Shown here piece by piece: positions 17,932-20,000 of a stretch of 20,000 bases of DNA. Location of the stretch: contig JABWCP010000017.1 in assembly GCA_013360215.1 (NCBI GenBank), positions 45,359 to 65,358 on the forward strand. Reading direction: 5' to 3'. Both the position numbers and the translations under genes were made by a program. The notes below the pieces were generated by a model, which was not told the origin of the DNA, ran no database searches, and worked only from the letters and a program-made list of their open reading frames with translations. The number at the start of each line of letters is the position of its first letter. The stretch's first letter is position 1. The stretch is from a bacterium. Its GTDB lineage: Bacteria > CLD3 > SB21.

Positions 17932-17960
17932 AAGATAGAAAAAAAAAGGCATTCATCCAA
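17932..17960 (-). promoter_or_regulatory. Putative purF promoter
   Basis: Minus strand TTGGAT (17960-17955) - 17 nt containing T9 - TATCTT (17937-17932), followed by the GC-rich discriminator GCGCCGC. Confidence 0.6.
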
Positions 17961-18067
17961 TGTTTTTTGACGAATGTAACAATCATTATTCATGTAGAGA
18001 TTTTTATGTAAAGTTTGTATTTTATGTAAAATGGAACATGAATATGTTGATATTTCGGAGAATCGGC

Positions 18068-18748
18068 ATGCGTTCACCTAAACGGCTATTTCAGATACTT
18101 TCATTGTTATTGATTGCGGCGCTTACGGCGGTAATTTTTTTTATTCACCGTATTCATGACAAATCTAAACAGATTAGCGAAAATTGGTTGCCCAGCGTAA
18201 TGCATGTCGGTAACTTAAACACGCTCACTTCCGATTTTCGGATTATGGAGCTACAGCATATTTTGTCTACTTCGGACGAACAGATGCGTACGTATGAATC
18301 GGCTATGCAACGCATAGCCGATTTGATTAACTCGGAGATGAAACTGTATGAGCCTCTGATTACGACGCCCGTAGAAAAAACACTGTATGAGGATTTCTTG
18401 AGTAAGTGGTCTGAGTATATGAAGCATCATCTTGACATGCTTCAACTTTCCAAACTCAACAAAAACGAAGATGCGAAACTATTAATTCGTGCACGTTCGG
18501 AAGTTTTATTCAATGAGTATTCCTCTGCGCTTTCGGCGCTTGTGCGAGAAAATCGCAGAGCCGCCGACGATGAAGTCAAACGTGCTAACGCGTTATATAT
18601 TGGGTCGGTTATTAATTTAATTTTGATTTTAGGGTGTGTTGCGGTTTTTGTTATCATATCATTACGCCAGATGCGAAAAATCTTTGATCGCGTTTTATCT
18701 ACGGCAATGGATGTGGTAGCCAACGAGCGCGACGGGAAAAGCATATGA
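18068..18748 (+). CDS. Membrane protein with an MCP-type four-helix-bundle sensory domain and no cytoplasmic signalling domain
   Basis: TM1 (ILSLLLIAALTAVIFFI), a 4HB_MCP_1-like region (ISENWLPSV...DFRIMELQHIL...YEPLITTPVEKTLYEDF...W..Y), TM2, and a tail of about 27 aa. GGAG at 18057-18060 supports ATG 18068. Confidence 0.8.
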   Translation: MRSPKRLFQILSLLLIAALTAVIFFIHRIHDKSKQISENWLPSVMHVGNLNTLTSDFRIMELQHILSTSDEQMRTYESAMQRIADLINSEMKLYEPLITTPVEKTLYEDFLSKWSEYMKHHLDMLQLSKLNKNEDAKLLIRARSEVLFNEYSSALSALVRENRRAADDEVKRANALYIGSVINLILILGCVAVFVIISLRQMRKIFDRVLSTAMDVVANERDGKSI

Positions 18749-19317
18749 TAAAAATATTAGCCATTTCAGGGAGCCTTAGAAAAAATTCGTATAACAGCGC
18801 TTTACTACGGGCTATGATAAAACTCGCACCTGAAAATGTGTCGGTAGAGTTTTTTGAAGGACTCGGCGAATTGCCGCTATTTAATCCGGATAGTGAAGAA
18901 CTGGAAATTCCTTCAGTTATTCATTTTCGAAATCAATTGGCATCCCATGACGGGATAGTTATTGCCAGTCCAGAATATGCACACGGTGTAACCGGAGCGA
19001 TGAAAAACGCATTGGATTGGGTCGTTGGAAGTGGCGAATTGGTGTACAAACCGGTCGCTGTAATAAATGCCGCACCGCATGCCACGTACGCTTATGCTTC
19101 AATCATAGAAACACTACGGGTGATGACGGCAGATATTGATCCCGTAGCATCCAAAGTATTGCCATCCGCAGGCCAAAAACTATCTACCGATGAAATTTAT
19201 ACGCATAAAGAAATTTCCAACGCATTACGCAGTACGTTGGTTTCATTAGCTCAGACGATCCGCTCTCGTGATGCTGCAACATCGTCAGAAAAAAATGCTT
19301 CGTGGAATTTATTCTAA
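18745..19317 (+). CDS. NAD(P)H-dependent FMN reductase (flavodoxin-like, SsuE/ChrR family)
   Basis: KILAISGSLRKNSYN, LPLFNPD and ASPEYAHGVTGAMKNALDW. ATGA overlap with the upstream gene. Confidence 0.92.
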   Translation: MIKILAISGSLRKNSYNSALLRAMIKLAPENVSVEFFEGLGELPLFNPDSEELEIPSVIHFRNQLASHDGIVIASPEYAHGVTGAMKNALDWVVGSGELVYKPVAVINAAPHATYAYASIIETLRVMTADIDPVASKVLPSAGQKLSTDEIYTHKEISNALRSTLVSLAQTIRSRDAATSSEKNASWNLF

Positions 19318-19335
19318 AACTAAGCAAAAGCCATT

Positions 19336-19884
19336 ATGTCAACATATATCGCATTGCTTCGTGGTATCAATGTATCGGGACAAAAACTGATCAAAATGAA
19401 TGATTTGAAAAGTTATTTTGTTTCGTACGGTTATAAGAATGTACAAACGTATATTCAAAGCGGAAATGTAGTCTTTGAGAGTGCCAAACAAGAGTCCGAG
19501 AAATTAAGCAAAAAAGTGGGGGAACAATTAACTGTTTCCCTGGGCTATATTGTCCCTGTTATTGCGCGTAGTTTGAGTGAATGGATAATCTTAAATGAAA
19601 AAAATCCTTATTCAAAACTAAAACTCAAGCCTGATGAGCACGTGTACGTGACGTTATTAGCTACAAAACCAAAACCCGATTTAGCACAATCCCTGATCGC
19701 ATTATCGGATACAACGGATGAATTTCAGTTGAACGGGAAAACGGTTTACATTCTGTGTAGAAAAGGCTACGGAAACTCCAAATTCTCGAACAACTTTATC
19801 GAAAAAAAATTAGACACCCAAGCCACAACCCGAAATCTGGCGACGATGCAAAAACTGCAAATGATAGCCGAAGGGTTGAAATAA
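19336..19884 (+). CDS. DUF1697 family protein
   Basis: YIALLRGINVSG...IKM, VQTYIQSGNVVF and C-terminal ATTRN. Confidence 0.92.
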   Translation: MSTYIALLRGINVSGQKLIKMNDLKSYFVSYGYKNVQTYIQSGNVVFESAKQESEKLSKKVGEQLTVSLGYIVPVIARSLSEWIILNEKNPYSKLKLKPDEHVYVTLLATKPKPDLAQSLIALSDTTDEFQLNGKTVYILCRKGYGNSKFSNNFIEKKLDTQATTRNLATMQKLQMIAEGLK

Positions 19885-19902
19885 CAGGGTTGCCTTCCTT
19901 AT

Positions 19903-20000
19903 TTAGGGATACTGAATAAGATCATACCCCCTTTGGCTGTTGTTTTCAAGTTTGAATTTCCAGAGCAGGTCAAGATTGAATGTAGGAAGCGTAGCAATTT
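19903..20000 (-). CDS. Possible 3' end of a convergent gene entering from beyond the window
   Basis: Open minus-strand frame ...IATLPTFNLDLLWKFKLENNSQRGYDLIQYP* with its stop at 19903-19905. A second frame is also open to 19899, so the assignment is uncertain. Confidence 0.35.
   Translation of the reverse strand, partial: IATLPTFNLDLLWKFKLENNSQRGYDLIQYP

Noticed and set aside
17880-18077. N-terminal extensions of purF (to 18077) and of the sensor gene (from 17960)
   Set aside because: They overlap each other and the predicted promoter. PurF needs only a short propeptide before its catalytic Cys, and an SD supports ATG 18068 for the sensor.
1-20000. CRISPR arrays, transposases, phage or defence genes
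   Set aside because: No regularly spaced repeats or such protein motifs were seen, and nearly all of the sequence is explained by the listed genes.

Overview
Bacterial chromosomal window (roughly 40-45% GC by eye) made up mostly of housekeeping genes, with no mobile element, prophage or CRISPR array seen. In order it holds: a 5'-truncated receiver-histidine kinase coupled to tyrS; a convergent minus-strand run mtnA - secreted TPR protein - purB - purC-like - psd - pssA; a minus-strand unit of membrane TPR protein - UbiA/MqnP-type prenyltransferase - fluC(crcB); a divergent recJ - gmhB - aminotransferase unit; tRNA-Pro(GGG) with a bidirectional terminator; an OPT transporter; purF; and a plus-strand unit encoding an orphan four-helix-bundle membrane sensor, a flavin reductase and DUF1697. 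The gene style suggests an FCB-related lineage (inference only). The most interesting signal is the PurC homologue. It aligns without gaps to E. coli PurC (recalled from memory) and keeps most nucleotide-binding residues, but has lost several catalytic or metal-binding ones (K11T, E90Y, D129N, R215A). It is therefore a candidate pseudoenzyme, sitting between purB and the phosphatidylethanolamine genes. Other leads are a sensor with no output domain, non-terminator hairpins with a shared 11-mer upstream of purB and the OPT gene, three consecutive TTG starts, and a consistent TTGnnn-17-TAT(A/C)(T/G)T promoter pattern.
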